A stretch of DNA of 64,000 bases from an uncultured Clostridia bacterium (GCA_949106495.1 CARYZD010000004.1:76961-140960); one strand, 5' to 3'. Counted from the first letter of the stretch, positions 22,621 to 31,926 are shown. Numbers and translations are program-made. The notes: generated by a model not told the origin, from the sequence alone.

Positions 22621-22792
22621 AATCAAGTATTTTCATTAAAAATTATGTAAAAAGATATAAGTTTTTATTGTGATATTTCTTAATATATATTTTTGCTTAT
22701 TTTTATGCCAAAAAATAGTCTTATTTTTATCATTGAAACATTTTTTATTTTGGTGTATCATATTAATAGCGTTTTTAGGAGGTTGATAAAAT

Positions 22793-23449
22793 ATGATAAA
22801 AGTAGAAAATTTAGAAGTTCTAAATTTTGAAGGTGCTTTACGTGGAATGAGAAACCCTTTAGAATCTTGGAACAAAAGTGATAGTTATTATGATAAAGAT
22901 ACAGGAAAATATGTAATTGGTGAAAAAGATTTAGCTTTAGCATTAAAACTTACTAAATCTGGTTCTGACCATTCTAAATTTCTTAGACAAATATTCGTAT
23001 CAATGGATATAACTGCACCTATGTCTTGGTGGTGGGATTTTGATACATACAAAGTTGCCACTGTAAGAAATAGTACAAGCAGAATGCATAAGTTAGGTTC
23101 AAGACTACTAACTTTTGATGATTTTAGTGTAGACGATGAACAAGGTAATATAAATATTACTCCTTTTAGAAAATATGTTTTAGAAGATTTAAATAAAAGA
23201 ATAGCTGAATTTCAACAATTAAAAAAAGATGGAAAAATGGAAGAAGCAATGTCTTTATGGCGTGAAATTGTTTTTGATTCTCCACAAAGTTATAATTTTA
23301 AATCTACATGGACAGGAAATTATGAAATTATGCGTAATATTTATAGAGCAAGAAAAAATCATAAACAACGTGAATTTAGAGACTTCTGTAAATATATAGA
23401 AGAAAATTTCCCATATAGTGAACTTATCACAATTCCAAGAGAGGGGTAA
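22793..23449 (+). CDS. Thy1/ThyX-fold protein with a remodelled active-site motif (TYK instead of RHR); function uncertain
   Basis: An ungapped 28-residue alignment can be made to the T. maritima ThyX block [28 protein letters not shown]. Here that block reads TAPMSWWWDFDTYKVATVRNSTSRMHKL. The C-terminal motif R..HxQxE is retained (RARKNHKQREF). An RBS AGGAGG and a TTGAAA-17-TATCAT promoter lie upstream. Confidence 0.7.
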   Translation: MIKVENLEVLNFEGALRGMRNPLESWNKSDSYYDKDTGKYVIGEKDLALALKLTKSGSDHSKFLRQIFVSMDITAPMSWWWDFDTYKVATVRNSTSRMHKLGSRLLTFDDFSVDDEQGNINITPFRKYVLEDLNKRIAEFQQLKKDGKMEEAMSLWREIVFDSPQSYNFKSTWTGNYEIMRNIYRARKNHKQREFRDFCKYIEENFPYSELITIPREG

Positions 23450-23455
23450 TTAAAT

Positions 23456-24031
23456 ATGGCAAATTCAAAACTAATTATAGTTGAAGGGGCACAAGGTGCA
23501 GGAAAAACAACTGTAACAGATTTTATTAGACATGGCTTAAAATATACTAATTTATATAGATTATATGGAACATCAGATAGTTCTCCTGCTGGGAAACAAA
23601 AAGCAGAAGATATGTATTATGATTTAATAGATTATATAAAAAAATTAGAAAATAAAAGTATAAACTTACTTTTTGACAGAACTTTTTTTACAGAAGAGAT
23701 TTATTGTAGATTAAATTTTAAAGAATATAAATTTACTGATGTATATGAAAAATTATTAGAAAAATTTAGTAAATTAGATTTTGATATCTACTATATAACA
23801 TTATATTTAGAAGATACAAATTTATTTACTACAAGGCTTCAAAGAGATAAAAAAGCTGTGGTTGATTACGCAAAATTTAATATTCAAAGTAGCATAAATC
23901 AGCAAGAGCAATACCTTAAGATGGCAGACGAAATTTTATCAAAATATTCAAATATTAAAGTTTTTAAAGTATCTAATGATACTAACGAAGAAGAATTAAA
24001 AAATAAAATTAAAAATATACTTGATTTTTAA
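23456..24031 (+). CDS. Divergent P-loop nucleoside/nucleotide kinase (dNK/Tmk superfamily)
   Basis: It has Walker A IVEGAQGAGKTT, a DR motif (LLFDRTFF), and an Arg-rich lid-like TTRLQRDKK. It is 191 aa. It begins 6 nt after the ThyX-like gene and has a GAGGGG RBS. Confidence 0.65.
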   Translation: MANSKLIIVEGAQGAGKTTVTDFIRHGLKYTNLYRLYGTSDSSPAGKQKAEDMYYDLIDYIKKLENKSINLLFDRTFFTEEIYCRLNFKEYKFTDVYEKLLEKFSKLDFDIYYITLYLEDTNLFTTRLQRDKKAVVDYAKFNIQSSINQQEQYLKMADEILSKYSNIKVFKVSNDTNEEELKNKIKNILDF

Positions 24032-24062
24032 AATCCATCTTAGTTATATATGGAGGTTAAAC

Positions 24063-25343
24063 ATGACAAATAACGAAATAATATCTTATATATATAAAGA
24101 TAGAAAAAGAAATTCACAAAAAAATGATAATCAACGAATGATTACATTAATGGAAAAACTAGGAAATCCACAAAATGATTTAAAGTTTATACATATTGCT
24201 GGAAGCTGTGGAAAAGGTTCAACAACCACTATGATGGCAAATGTATTAAAAAACAGTGGATACAAAGTAGGAAAATTTATATCACCTTTTGTAATATCAT
24301 TTAATGAAAGAATTCAAATTAACAATATATTTATATCAAATGAAGAAATAGAAAAATATATAGAAAAAATAAATCCTATTATTTTAGAAATGGAAAATAA
24401 TGGTGATGCTCCTAATGGATTTGAAATCATCACAGCAATTGCATTTATGTACTATAAAGATAATGATTGCGATTTTGTATGTTTAGAAGTTGGTATGGGG
24501 GGAAGACTTGACCCTACAAACATAATATCAACTACTATTTTATCAATTATAACATTAATAGATTTTGATCATACTAGATTTTTAGGAAACACTTTAGAAG
24601 AAATTGCATCAGAAAAATGTGGAATAATAAAAAAAGATAAAATAACTATAACTTACCCTAAACAAGAAAAATCAGTACTAGATACAATCCGAAAATATTG
24701 TTCTAAAAACAATAATAAACTTTATATTCCAAGTTTAAAATTATTAGATATTATAAAAAGTAACCACAATATTAACTATTTTAGTTATAAAGGTAACTTT
24801 TATAAATTGAATTTAATTGGAGAATATCAAATATATAATGCTTTAATGGTTATTTTAGCATCAAATGTTTTGGTAACATTAGGATATAAAATTCCTTTTT
24901 CTGCAATTAATACAGGACTATTTGATTCATCTTTTTCTGCAAGACTTGAAAAAATACAGGATAATCCTACTATATTCCTTGATGGCTCACATAATATTGC
25001 TGGTGCTAGGTCACTTAAAAATTTCTTACATGAATATAAAGGAAAGAAAAATTATGCTATTATGTCCTTTACCGAAGGAAAAGATTACAAAGCTTTCTTA
25101 AATGAAATTAGCTCATATTTTCAAGAAATTGTTTTTGTACAATATAAAAACGAATATAAAACATCTGAACAAATTGATAATTTACTAGAAATTGCTAAAA
25201 AGCTAAATATAAATGCTACTTCATTTAATACAGTAAAAGAAGCAAATCAATATCTTATTAGCAAAGAAAATGTCGACTTAATACTTATAACTGGTTCACT
25301 ATATTTAGCATCAGAATATAGAAATATGTTAACAGAAGAATAG
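24063..25343 (+). CDS. folC: Folylpolyglutamate synthase / dihydrofolate synthase (Mur-ligase family)
   Basis: It contains HIAGSCGKGSTTTMMANVL and SPFVISFNERIQIN, characteristic of FolC. The start was moved to MTNNE with GGAGG 7 nt upstream. It overlaps the end of the kinase gene. Confidence 0.85.
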   Translation: MTNNEIISYIYKDRKRNSQKNDNQRMITLMEKLGNPQNDLKFIHIAGSCGKGSTTTMMANVLKNSGYKVGKFISPFVISFNERIQINNIFISNEEIEKYIEKINPIILEMENNGDAPNGFEIITAIAFMYYKDNDCDFVCLEVGMGGRLDPTNIISTTILSIITLIDFDHTRFLGNTLEEIASEKCGIIKKDKITITYPKQEKSVLDTIRKYCSKNNNKLYIPSLKLLDIIKSNHNINYFSYKGNFYKLNLIGEYQIYNALMVILASNVLVTLGYKIPFSAINTGLFDSSFSARLEKIQDNPTIFLDGSHNIAGARSLKNFLHEYKGKKNYAIMSFTEGKDYKAFLNEISSYFQEIVFVQYKNEYKTSEQIDNLLEIAKKLNINATSFNTVKEANQYLISKENVDLILITGSLYLASEYRNMLTEE

Positions 25344-25369
25344 TTTTTTATTATTTTTAGACAAATGTC

Positions 25370-25398
25370 TTGATTTTTATTCACACTTATGTTAAAAT
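25370..25398 (+). promoter_or_regulatory. Sigma-A promoter of rpsT
   Basis: TTGATT, then a 17-nt spacer, then TAAAAT. Confidence 0.5.
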
Positions 25399-25441
25399 GT
25401 TTAAGTAAATTGTTAACGTACGCATAAGGAGGTGCAATTTA

Positions 25442-25696
25442 ATGCCAAATATTAAATCAGCTAAAAAAAGAGTAAAAGTTATTGAAGCAAAAACTTTACA
25501 AAACAGAGCAACTAAAAAAGCTTACAAAGAAGCTGTTAAAGCTTTTGAAGCAGCTGTTAAAGAAAATGCTAGCAATAAAGATGAATTATACAATGAAGCT
25601 ATTAGCAAAATAGACAAAGCTTGGACTAAAGGTGTATTAGCTAAAAATACTGCATCTAGAAAAAAATCAAGCCTTGCTAAAATGTTAAATAAGTAA
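25442..25696 (+). CDS. rpsT: 30S ribosomal protein S20
   Basis: It begins MPNIKSAKKRVKV, with an RBS AAGGAGGTG. Confidence 0.93.
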   Translation: MPNIKSAKKRVKVIEAKTLQNRATKKAYKEAVKAFEAAVKENASNKDELYNEAISKIDKAWTKGVLAKNTASRKKSSLAKMLNK

Positions 25697-25703
25697 TTTA
25701 ATA

Positions 25704-25741
25704 AATAAAAAGTCATTCTAACGAATGGCTTTTATTTTTTT
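25704..25741. terminator. Bidirectional intrinsic terminator (rpsT and yabG)
   Basis: AGTCATTC / GAATGGCT stem flanked by an A-run and a T-run. Confidence 0.6.
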
Positions 25742-25755
25742 GTCAGAATTATACA

Positions 25756-26649
25756 TTATAATCCTGGCATTCCTATTCTATATACACCTTTTGTTTGTAA
25801 TCCTCCAATTCCACTTATTCCTTCTCTTGTATTTGAAATTATATTTTCAAGTGGTACATATTCATTAACTGGAGTATATGCTACATTTTCAGCTACTATC
25901 ATTGGATCCATCATATCTATTAAAACTCTTTTTGGTGCACTAGCAAAATTTGCTCCAGCAGATATAATCGCTTCATAATAGCTTTGACATGCTCCTGCAA
26001 ATATAACTAAGTTATCTAAGTTATGTTCATACCTTCTTGCTTCAAGTACAGATTGAACAAAGTATTTTGAATTCTTATAATTGTCTATATTATATATATC
26101 ATTTCTTCTTTTAATAAACGCGTCATGTCCCGTAAGAACCAGTATATCTGGTTTATATTTTTGAAGTAATGTATATACTTGTTTATATTGTTCTTTTTCT
26201 TCGATATTAAATACATGAGCTATCATTCCCATCTTTTTATAAAGTTCCCTACACTGATTACAGTATTCTTCATCTCCATCAATATGAAGAACTGAACCTG
26301 GTCTTTTATATGTAGTTTCTTTTTGATATAAATTCAAAGAGTTGTTTTCTCTAAAAATTATTTTATTATAGTTATAATTGTTATTGTACTTTTTATTTTT
26401 TATATTATTATATGACCTATCAAGTCTTGTTCTTCTAGATTTTTCAATATTATTTAATCTCATTTCTAGCTCTTGTTTACTAATTAATTTTAAATCAAAT
26501 TCTTGGGCATCTGCAAGTATTCTACATGTTATTCCTACTAAATCTACTATTCCATTTGGATGAATATTAGTTATCCTAAATAGTACATCATAATTATATG
26601 ATTTTCTAGCAACTATATCTCCTATTTTAAAGTTTGACAAGTAAATCAC
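25756..26649 (-). CDS. yabG: Sporulation-specific protease YabG
   Basis: It aligns along its full length with B. subtilis YabG. Shared motifs include IGDIVARKSY.DVLFRI, VLHIDGDEEY, KPDILVLTGHDA, LVIFAGACQSYYE and GANFASAP. Confidence 0.88.
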   Translation of the reverse strand: MIYLSNFKIGDIVARKSYNYDVLFRITNIHPNGIVDLVGITCRILADAQEFDLKLISKQELEMRLNNIEKSRRTRLDRSYNNIKNKKYNNNYNYNKIIFRENNSLNLYQKETTYKRPGSVLHIDGDEEYCNQCRELYKKMGMIAHVFNIEEKEQYKQVYTLLQKYKPDILVLTGHDAFIKRRNDIYNIDNYKNSKYFVQSVLEARRYEHNLDNLVIFAGACQSYYEAIISAGANFASAPKRVLIDMMDPMIVAENVAYTPVNEYVPLENIISNTREGISGIGGLQTKGVYRIGMPGL

Positions 26650-26720
26650 CTCAAAATATTATATGCAAATAAAAAATCATACGTGAAAAAACAGAGCATA
26701 TATTAATGCTCTGTTTTATA

Positions 26721-26978
26721 TTATTTAACTGTATATGGTAATAAAGCAATTGTTCTTGCTCTTTTAACAGCTTCAGTTACTTTTCTTTGATGTTTAGCGC
26801 AACATCCAGTTACTCTTCTTGGAAGTATTTTACCTTTGTCGCTAACATATTTTCTTAACTTTTCAGCGTCTTTGTAATCTATTTCTTCGATTTTTTCAGC
26901 ACAGAATACACAAACTTTTTTTCTTGGTCTTCTGTATGGTTTATCGTTTTTAGCGCCTCTTTTTTTGTTATCAGCCAT
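26721..26978 (-). CDS. rpsR: 30S ribosomal protein S18
   Basis: It contains [18 protein letters not shown]. Confidence 0.93.
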   Translation of the reverse strand: MADNKKRGAKNDKPYRRPRKKVCVFCAEKIEEIDYKDAEKLRKYVSDKGKILPRRVTGCCAKHQRKVTEAVKRARTIALLPYTVK

Positions 26979-27008
26979 TTTTAATTTTCCTCCTATCAAC
27001 TAATTTAA

Positions 27009-27416
27009 TTAAAATGGTAAATCATCTGTATCATCTACAGTGATAAATTCACCATCCATACTAGATGAAGGTACTCCTTCTGCCATGCCTTGATCTCTTC
27101 TAGAGTCTGCAAAATATGCATTTTCGACAATAAAATCTGTAGCATATCTTTTTTGACCATTTTGATCATCCCATGATCTATTTTGGATTCTTCCTTCGAC
27201 TAATACTTGTTGTCCTTTTCTGTAATATTTTGAACAGAAATCTGCAAGTTTTCCAAAAGCAGTTAGATTAAAGAAATCTGTTTTTCTTTCTCCATTAGCA
27301 TCAGCAAATCTTCTATTTACTGCAAGAGAAAAAGTTGATACTTGTGTATTACTATTAGGTAACACTCTTGATTCAGGATCTCTTGTTAATCTTCCCATAA
27401 ATTGAAATTTATTCAT
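27009..27416 (-). CDS. ssb: Single-stranded DNA-binding protein
   Basis: It has an OB-fold (GRLTRDPE) and an acidic C-terminal tail DDTDDLPF. Confidence 0.93.
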   Translation of the reverse strand: MNKFQFMGRLTRDPESRVLPNSNTQVSTFSLAVNRRFADANGERKTDFFNLTAFGKLADFCSKYYRKGQQVLVEGRIQNRSWDDQNGQKRYATDFIVENAYFADSRRDQGMAEGVPSSSMDGEFITVDDTDDLPF

Positions 27417-27432
27417 TTCATTACCCCCTATA

Positions 27433-27717
27433 TTAGTCTTCTAATTTAACTATCATGTGTTTTAGAACTGTTTCATCTAGTTTTAGAACTCTATCAAGCT
27501 CAGCAATAAATTCTGGTTTTGCTGTAAATGTAAATAATGTGTAGAAACCTTCATTTTGTTTTTTAATTTCATAAGCAAAAGTTTTTTTACCCCATTCTTC
27601 AACATTTGTAAGCTCGCCATTAGCTGAAACTAATTCTTTCATTCTTTCACCAAAAGCAGCCATAGCTTCTTCAGATGCATTAGCTGAAAGTATTATAACT
27701 GATTCATATCTATTCAT
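27433..27717 (-). CDS. rpsF: 30S ribosomal protein S6
   Basis: Sequence match to S6 and position in the conserved rpsF-ssb-rpsR operon. Confidence 0.93.
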   Translation of the reverse strand: MNRYESVIILSANASEEAMAAFGERMKELVSANGELTNVEEWGKKTFAYEIKKQNEGFYTLFTFTAKPEFIAELDRVLKLDETVLKHMIVKLED

Positions 27718-27784
27718 GACTTAACTCACCTCCTCATGGACTTCTGACTATACATATGTATAGTAAGGAATTTTTACATGCAAC

Positions 27785-27813
27785 ATTATACCACATTATT
27801 ATGTAATTTGCAA
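27785..27813 (-). promoter_or_regulatory. Sigma-A promoter of rpsF-ssb-rpsR
   Basis: Minus-strand TTGCAA, a 17-nt spacer, then TGgTATAAT (extended -10). The leader contains a 16-nt perfect palindrome CTATACATATGTATAG at 27748-27763. Confidence 0.5.
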
Positions 27814-27857
27814 CATTTATTGGTTATTTATTTTAAACTTCCAAGCATACAATTATA

Positions 27858-27886
27858 TTGACATTGTAACTTATTAATTATATAAT
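27858..27886 (+). promoter_or_regulatory. Sigma-A promoter of mecA
   Basis: TTGACA, a 17-nt spacer, then TATAAT. Both hexamers match consensus exactly. Confidence 0.55.
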
Positions 27887-27931
27887 ACATATTATTAATT
27901 ATGAAAGTAACTCTATAGGAGGACTGATAAC

Positions 27932-28522
27932 ATGAAAGTTGAAAAAGTTAATGACAATAAAGTAAAAATAATTCTATCATTTGAAGAATTAGAAATGAGA
28001 AATATAACCATAAACGATATTGAAAAAAATAATTCTGCTGCACGTAATTTATTTACAAGCTTAATAGAAGAAAATAACTTAGATGAAGATTTTGGTTGTG
28101 AGGATGTACAGCTTTTTATAGAAGCAAGTTCAGATAATACTAATACTTTTATATTAACTATCACTAAAACAGACTATTTACCAGATATTAGCGATTATTC
28201 CAAAAACGAGAATAAAATGCTTTATAGGGTAGACTCTAGACTTTTCGAATTCAATTCCTTAGATACAATCTTAGATTTTTGCAAAATTGCTAAAGACGAA
28301 AATCTTTTCTTTGGAAAAAATTCACTATATAAATATGAAGATAAATATTTTATTCTATTTAGTGATAATGCAATAAAAAATAAAAAATTTATTAAAACTT
28401 TTGTTATGATAAGCGAATATACTTCAAGGTACTTTTCCTACGACCTTTATTATAAAACACTCATAGAAAAAGGAAAAATTATTGTTGCAAATAGAGCTTT
28501 ACAAAAACTCATTAATATTTAA
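27932..28522 (+). CDS. mecA: Adaptor protein MecA
   Basis: It has the N-terminus MKVEKVNDNKVKIILSFEELE typical of MecA. It is 196 aa. Confidence 0.8.
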   Translation: MKVEKVNDNKVKIILSFEELEMRNITINDIEKNNSAARNLFTSLIEENNLDEDFGCEDVQLFIEASSDNTNTFILTITKTDYLPDISDYSKNENKMLYRVDSRLFEFNSLDTILDFCKIAKDENLFFGKNSLYKYEDKYFILFSDNAIKNKKFIKTFVMISEYTSRYFSYDLYYKTLIEKGKIIVANRALQKLINI

Positions 28523-28547
28523 CCAGGCTTTTAGCCTGTATTTTTTT
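28523..28547 (+). terminator. Intrinsic terminator after mecA
   Basis: CAGGC-tttta-GCCTG followed by TATTTTTTT. Confidence 0.6.
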
Positions 28548-28941
28548 GGAAATTTTAATCCGATTAATAATAGTCAAATATTTATATAAATGTTAGATAT
28601 TCTCAGATATTGACAGATAAAAAAACAAAATTCGACAAAATTTAAATAATTCTTTTTTATAAATACCTAACAAGAATAAATAATATTTGATAAAAAATTA
28701 TAGATAATTAATAAATAAATAAATAATCTGATTGAATAAAAAATAAATTATCAGAATAAGTTATTTATATTCGTCTATCATCCGCTTCTAAAAAAAGCCT
28801 CATTTAGTATAATGTTATTTTTTAACTTTGTCAATACATTTTTTAATATTTCTTTAAAAATTGACATTTACCTTATAGAAAAGCCATTTCTCTTGATTAT
28901 TTCGATATATTTTGATATACTATACGCAAAGGTGAACATGT

Positions 28942-29958
28942 ATGAATAACGATAAATTAGTTAACGCCAAAATACTAGTTATCGATGATGACGTAAATAT
29001 GATGGATGTACTTTCTGTTATATTAAGAAGGTATGGACATAGCGTGAAAACATACACAGAACCTCTATCAGCAATAGAGGAACTTAAGAAAAACACATAT
29101 GATATTTTACTTGTTAATTATTTGATGACTCCAGTAAAAGGCGATAAAATTGTAGAAACAGTTAGAGAATTTAATAAAGAAATATATATAATTCTAATGT
29201 CTATTCATAAAGATCTAGCACCTTCCATCGAAGTTATGCAACAACTAGATATTCAAGCTTATTATGAAAAAAGTAATAGATTTGATAATTTAATTATGCT
29301 TATTCAAGGTGGTATTAAATATATAGAGCAAATTAACAAAATTAAAACTATGAATTCTAAACTTGAACATTACCTAGTAGATTTTGCTAAAATTTTGCTT
29401 CAAACTGTTGGTGCAAAAGATCACTATACTGAAGAACATTCAAGAAGAGTTACACTTCTTGCAGATGTATTTTCAAAATATTTAAAATTAGATAGTAAGC
29501 AAATTTCTGACTTACAAATTGCTGCAGCATTTCACGACATAGGAAAAATTGGTATTCCCGATAATATCTTATTAAAAACAACTCGTCTTACTGATGAAGA
29601 ATATCAAGTAATTAAAACACATCCTGTTATTGCCGCCAATATATTTTCTGTATCAGATATTTATAAAGATATTTATCCTATTATGTATTATCATCATGAA
29701 AGATATGATGGTAGAGGATATCCTACTGGAATAAGTGGAATGCAAATACCATTTCTTGCAAGATTACTTTCAATATGTGATTCTTTTGATGCTATTGTAT
29801 CAAAAAGAACTTATAAAGAAGGTGCAACAATAGAATTTGCTTTATCTGAAATAGAAAAAGGTTCAGGTACACAATTTGATCCTGAACTTGCCCCAAAATT
29901 TATTACTATGGTAGAAAATAATAAAAAATATATAGAAAAAATATTTAATGAATTCTAG
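28942..29958 (+). CDS. Response-regulator-like protein: receiver domain (phospho-acceptor Asp replaced by Asn) fused to an HD-GYP phosphodiesterase domain
   Basis: The receiver has ILVIDDD, and at the D57-equivalent position it reads LLVNYLMTP. The HD motif is AAFHDIGKIGIP. The GYP motif is HHERYDGRGYPTG. Confidence 0.85.
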   Translation: MNNDKLVNAKILVIDDDVNMMDVLSVILRRYGHSVKTYTEPLSAIEELKKNTYDILLVNYLMTPVKGDKIVETVREFNKEIYIILMSIHKDLAPSIEVMQQLDIQAYYEKSNRFDNLIMLIQGGIKYIEQINKIKTMNSKLEHYLVDFAKILLQTVGAKDHYTEEHSRRVTLLADVFSKYLKLDSKQISDLQIAAAFHDIGKIGIPDNILLKTTRLTDEEYQVIKTHPVIAANIFSVSDIYKDIYPIMYYHHERYDGRGYPTGISGMQIPFLARLLSICDSFDAIVSKRTYKEGATIEFALSEIEKGSGTQFDPELAPKFITMVENNKKYIEKIFNEF

Positions 29959-29999
29959 TCTTAAACTAAATTTAAACAAAGATTTAAGACTAGAGTTTT

Positions 30000-30545
30000 T
30001 TATTCTATATATATCGCAATTATCTTAAATACATCATTTAAAGCATTTAAACAATTTATTTTATATCCTAAACATTCTACCTCACATTGATTTTCAAATA
30101 TTTCAATAAGGCTATTATATGCTTCTTCGTTAATAATGAACTTATTATTATCAATATTAAAATTCGTTTTATTTAAGCTATCTATTCTTCCTACTATTCT
30201 TTTTATTCTAGTATCTTCTTTTATTTTTTCAGCTATACAGTAATAAAAGTTGTTGTTTTTAATACTAGATACATCTTCAATATTTATATATCTTTTTACC
30301 ACTTCCACATTACATAGTACTCCAAAATCTTCTGAAATTCCTATCCTATTCTTTTTTTCTATGCACTCTTCTTTATCATCTTTTCTACAGCCTTTTTCAA
30401 ATTCAGGCCTAATATTAGTATTATTATTCGTTGTGTATCCTCTTTTTTCAGAATATTCAAAAAAATCTATATCAAAAGATACATTTTCTATTTTAGGTGC
30501 AATGCATTTTATTAAATCTTTATTAATATATATATACATCCTCAT
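30000..30545 (-). CDS. Hypothetical Cys-rich protein (181 aa)
   Basis: ORF only. It has 9 Cys residues and I recognise no motif. Confidence 0.45.
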   Translation of the reverse strand: MRMYIYINKDLIKCIAPKIENVSFDIDFFEYSEKRGYTTNNNTNIRPEFEKGCRKDDKEECIEKKNRIGISEDFGVLCNVEVVKRYINIEDVSSIKNNNFYYCIAEKIKEDTRIKRIVGRIDSLNKTNFNIDNNKFIINEEAYNSLIEIFENQCEVECLGYKINCLNALNDVFKIIAIYIE

Positions 30546-30559
30546 ATTTACATATTATT

Positions 30560-31153
30560 TTATTTAACACAAATATATTCTTTTATAGCTTCATATTTAG
30601 AATTACCTATTCCATTTACATTTAATATATCTTCTACTATTTCAAATTTATTATTCTTTCTATATTCAATTATATTATTTGCAAGTGTTTCTCCTATTCC
30701 ATTTAAACTTTTAAGTTCTTCTTTTGAAGCCTTATTTATATTGATTAATCCATTATTTTCATTGCTTATTTCATCATTATCAGTACTTTCATAAACATTT
30801 TTTGTTTTTTTAGGAATGTCTATTTTATCTGAATCATTTAGTTTTTCAGCTAAATTTATATCTGTTACATCTGCATTTTCTGTTAATCCTCCACAAAGAT
30901 TAACTAAATCATTTAATCTATATTCTGAGTCAACATAATATACACCTGGGGAATTTACTTCACCAGTAATATATACTGCAATTTTATTTTCATATTTATT
31001 AACTTCAATTTCATTATTATTTATATATAACTTAGATTTATCTTTATAATTTTGATATACAATAGAAAAAGCAGAAATCAATACTACTATTACTATCATT
31101 AAATACGCTTTATATTTTATAATTATTTCTTTTAATTTATTTATTACTTTCAC
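30560..31153 (-). CDS. comEA: Competence protein ComEA (SLBB domain plus tandem helix-hairpin-helix)
   Basis: It has an N-terminal TM segment, VYITGEVNSPGVYYV, and an HhH region NINKASKEELKSLNGIGETLANNIIEYR. Confidence 0.8.
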   Translation of the reverse strand: MKVINKLKEIIIKYKAYLMIVIVVLISAFSIVYQNYKDKSKLYINNNEIEVNKYENKIAVYITGEVNSPGVYYVDSEYRLNDLVNLCGGLTENADVTDINLAEKLNDSDKIDIPKKTKNVYESTDNDEISNENNGLININKASKEELKSLNGIGETLANNIIEYRKNNKFEIVEDILNVNGIGNSKYEAIKEYICVK

Positions 31154-31282
31154 AATTTATCCTCCCTTTTTGCCAAAACTTTTAATTTATATTATTATAT
31201 TTTGTAAATTACCCTATAACGCAAATTAGAAGTTATGAAAATTCATAACTTCTAATTTAAATATCTATTTTTTGCTTATATT

Positions 31283-31915
31283 TTATATTTTTAATCCAGA
31301 TTTAATAATAGTAACAAGTAAATTATTATTATACAATAATTTTAATAAAATTGTATTATCTATAAATTTTGATATTCCTTCAAAAATTGGTAATGGTGAA
31401 ATAAACGAAACAACAGCAAGTATAATCCATATTTTAATTAAAATCGATAAAATTCCTACTACTGTTCCTCCCATACTATTTATTGAACTTAATATTGGTA
31501 AATTAAATACCACATTTAAAATCATTTGTAGTATATAACATATTAGTCTTACAATTAGGAAAATAACAATAAAGCTAAGTCCTTTCATTACAAATCTTGC
31601 AACTACTTCTCCTGCTTGAGAAACTTGATTTTGTGTAACTGTGTTTGAAATTATACTCCCATAAAAAGAATCCTCTATATTTTCTCCATTATCTATCATT
31701 TGCTGAATATTTTCTGATGCTACATCTTTAACTTTTTCTCCTATACCAGAATCATATAAAGCATTTGCAACTACAGATTGAAAAGCAAAAGCTAATATAA
31801 TTGATAAAATTAATGAAGCAAATCCAACTAAAATGCCAATAAGGCCTTTTTTGTGTCCACTAAAAGCTCCAAATGCTATTAATGCAACAAGTATCACATC
31901 TAATAAAATAACCAT
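31283..31915 (-). CDS. CvpA-family membrane protein
   Basis: It has 4 TM helices. Its N-terminus MVILLDVILVALIAFGAFSGHKKGL is typical of colicin V production protein family members. Confidence 0.6.
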   Translation of the reverse strand: MVILLDVILVALIAFGAFSGHKKGLIGILVGFASLILSIILAFAFQSVVANALYDSGIGEKVKDVASENIQQMIDNGENIEDSFYGSIISNTVTQNQVSQAGEVVARFVMKGLSFIVIFLIVRLICYILQMILNVVFNLPILSSINSMGGTVVGILSILIKIWIILAVVSFISPLPIFEGISKFIDNTILLKLLYNNNLLVTIIKSGLKI

Positions 31916-31926
31916 ATACTCCCTCC

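Noticed and set aside
22408-22943. ORFs 22408..22650 (+), 22636..22875 (-) and 22758..22943 (-) in the rpsJ upstream region.
   Set aside because: None has an RBS. The minus-strand ones overlap the start of the well-supported plus-strand ThyX-like gene. The region is better explained as structured leader plus promoters.
28560-28940. Possible mobile element or CRISPR array in the 420-nt AT-rich gap between mecA and the HD-GYP gene.
   Set aside because: There are no direct repeats of regular spacing, no inverted terminal repeats and no transposase ORF. It appears to be just an AT-rich promoter region.
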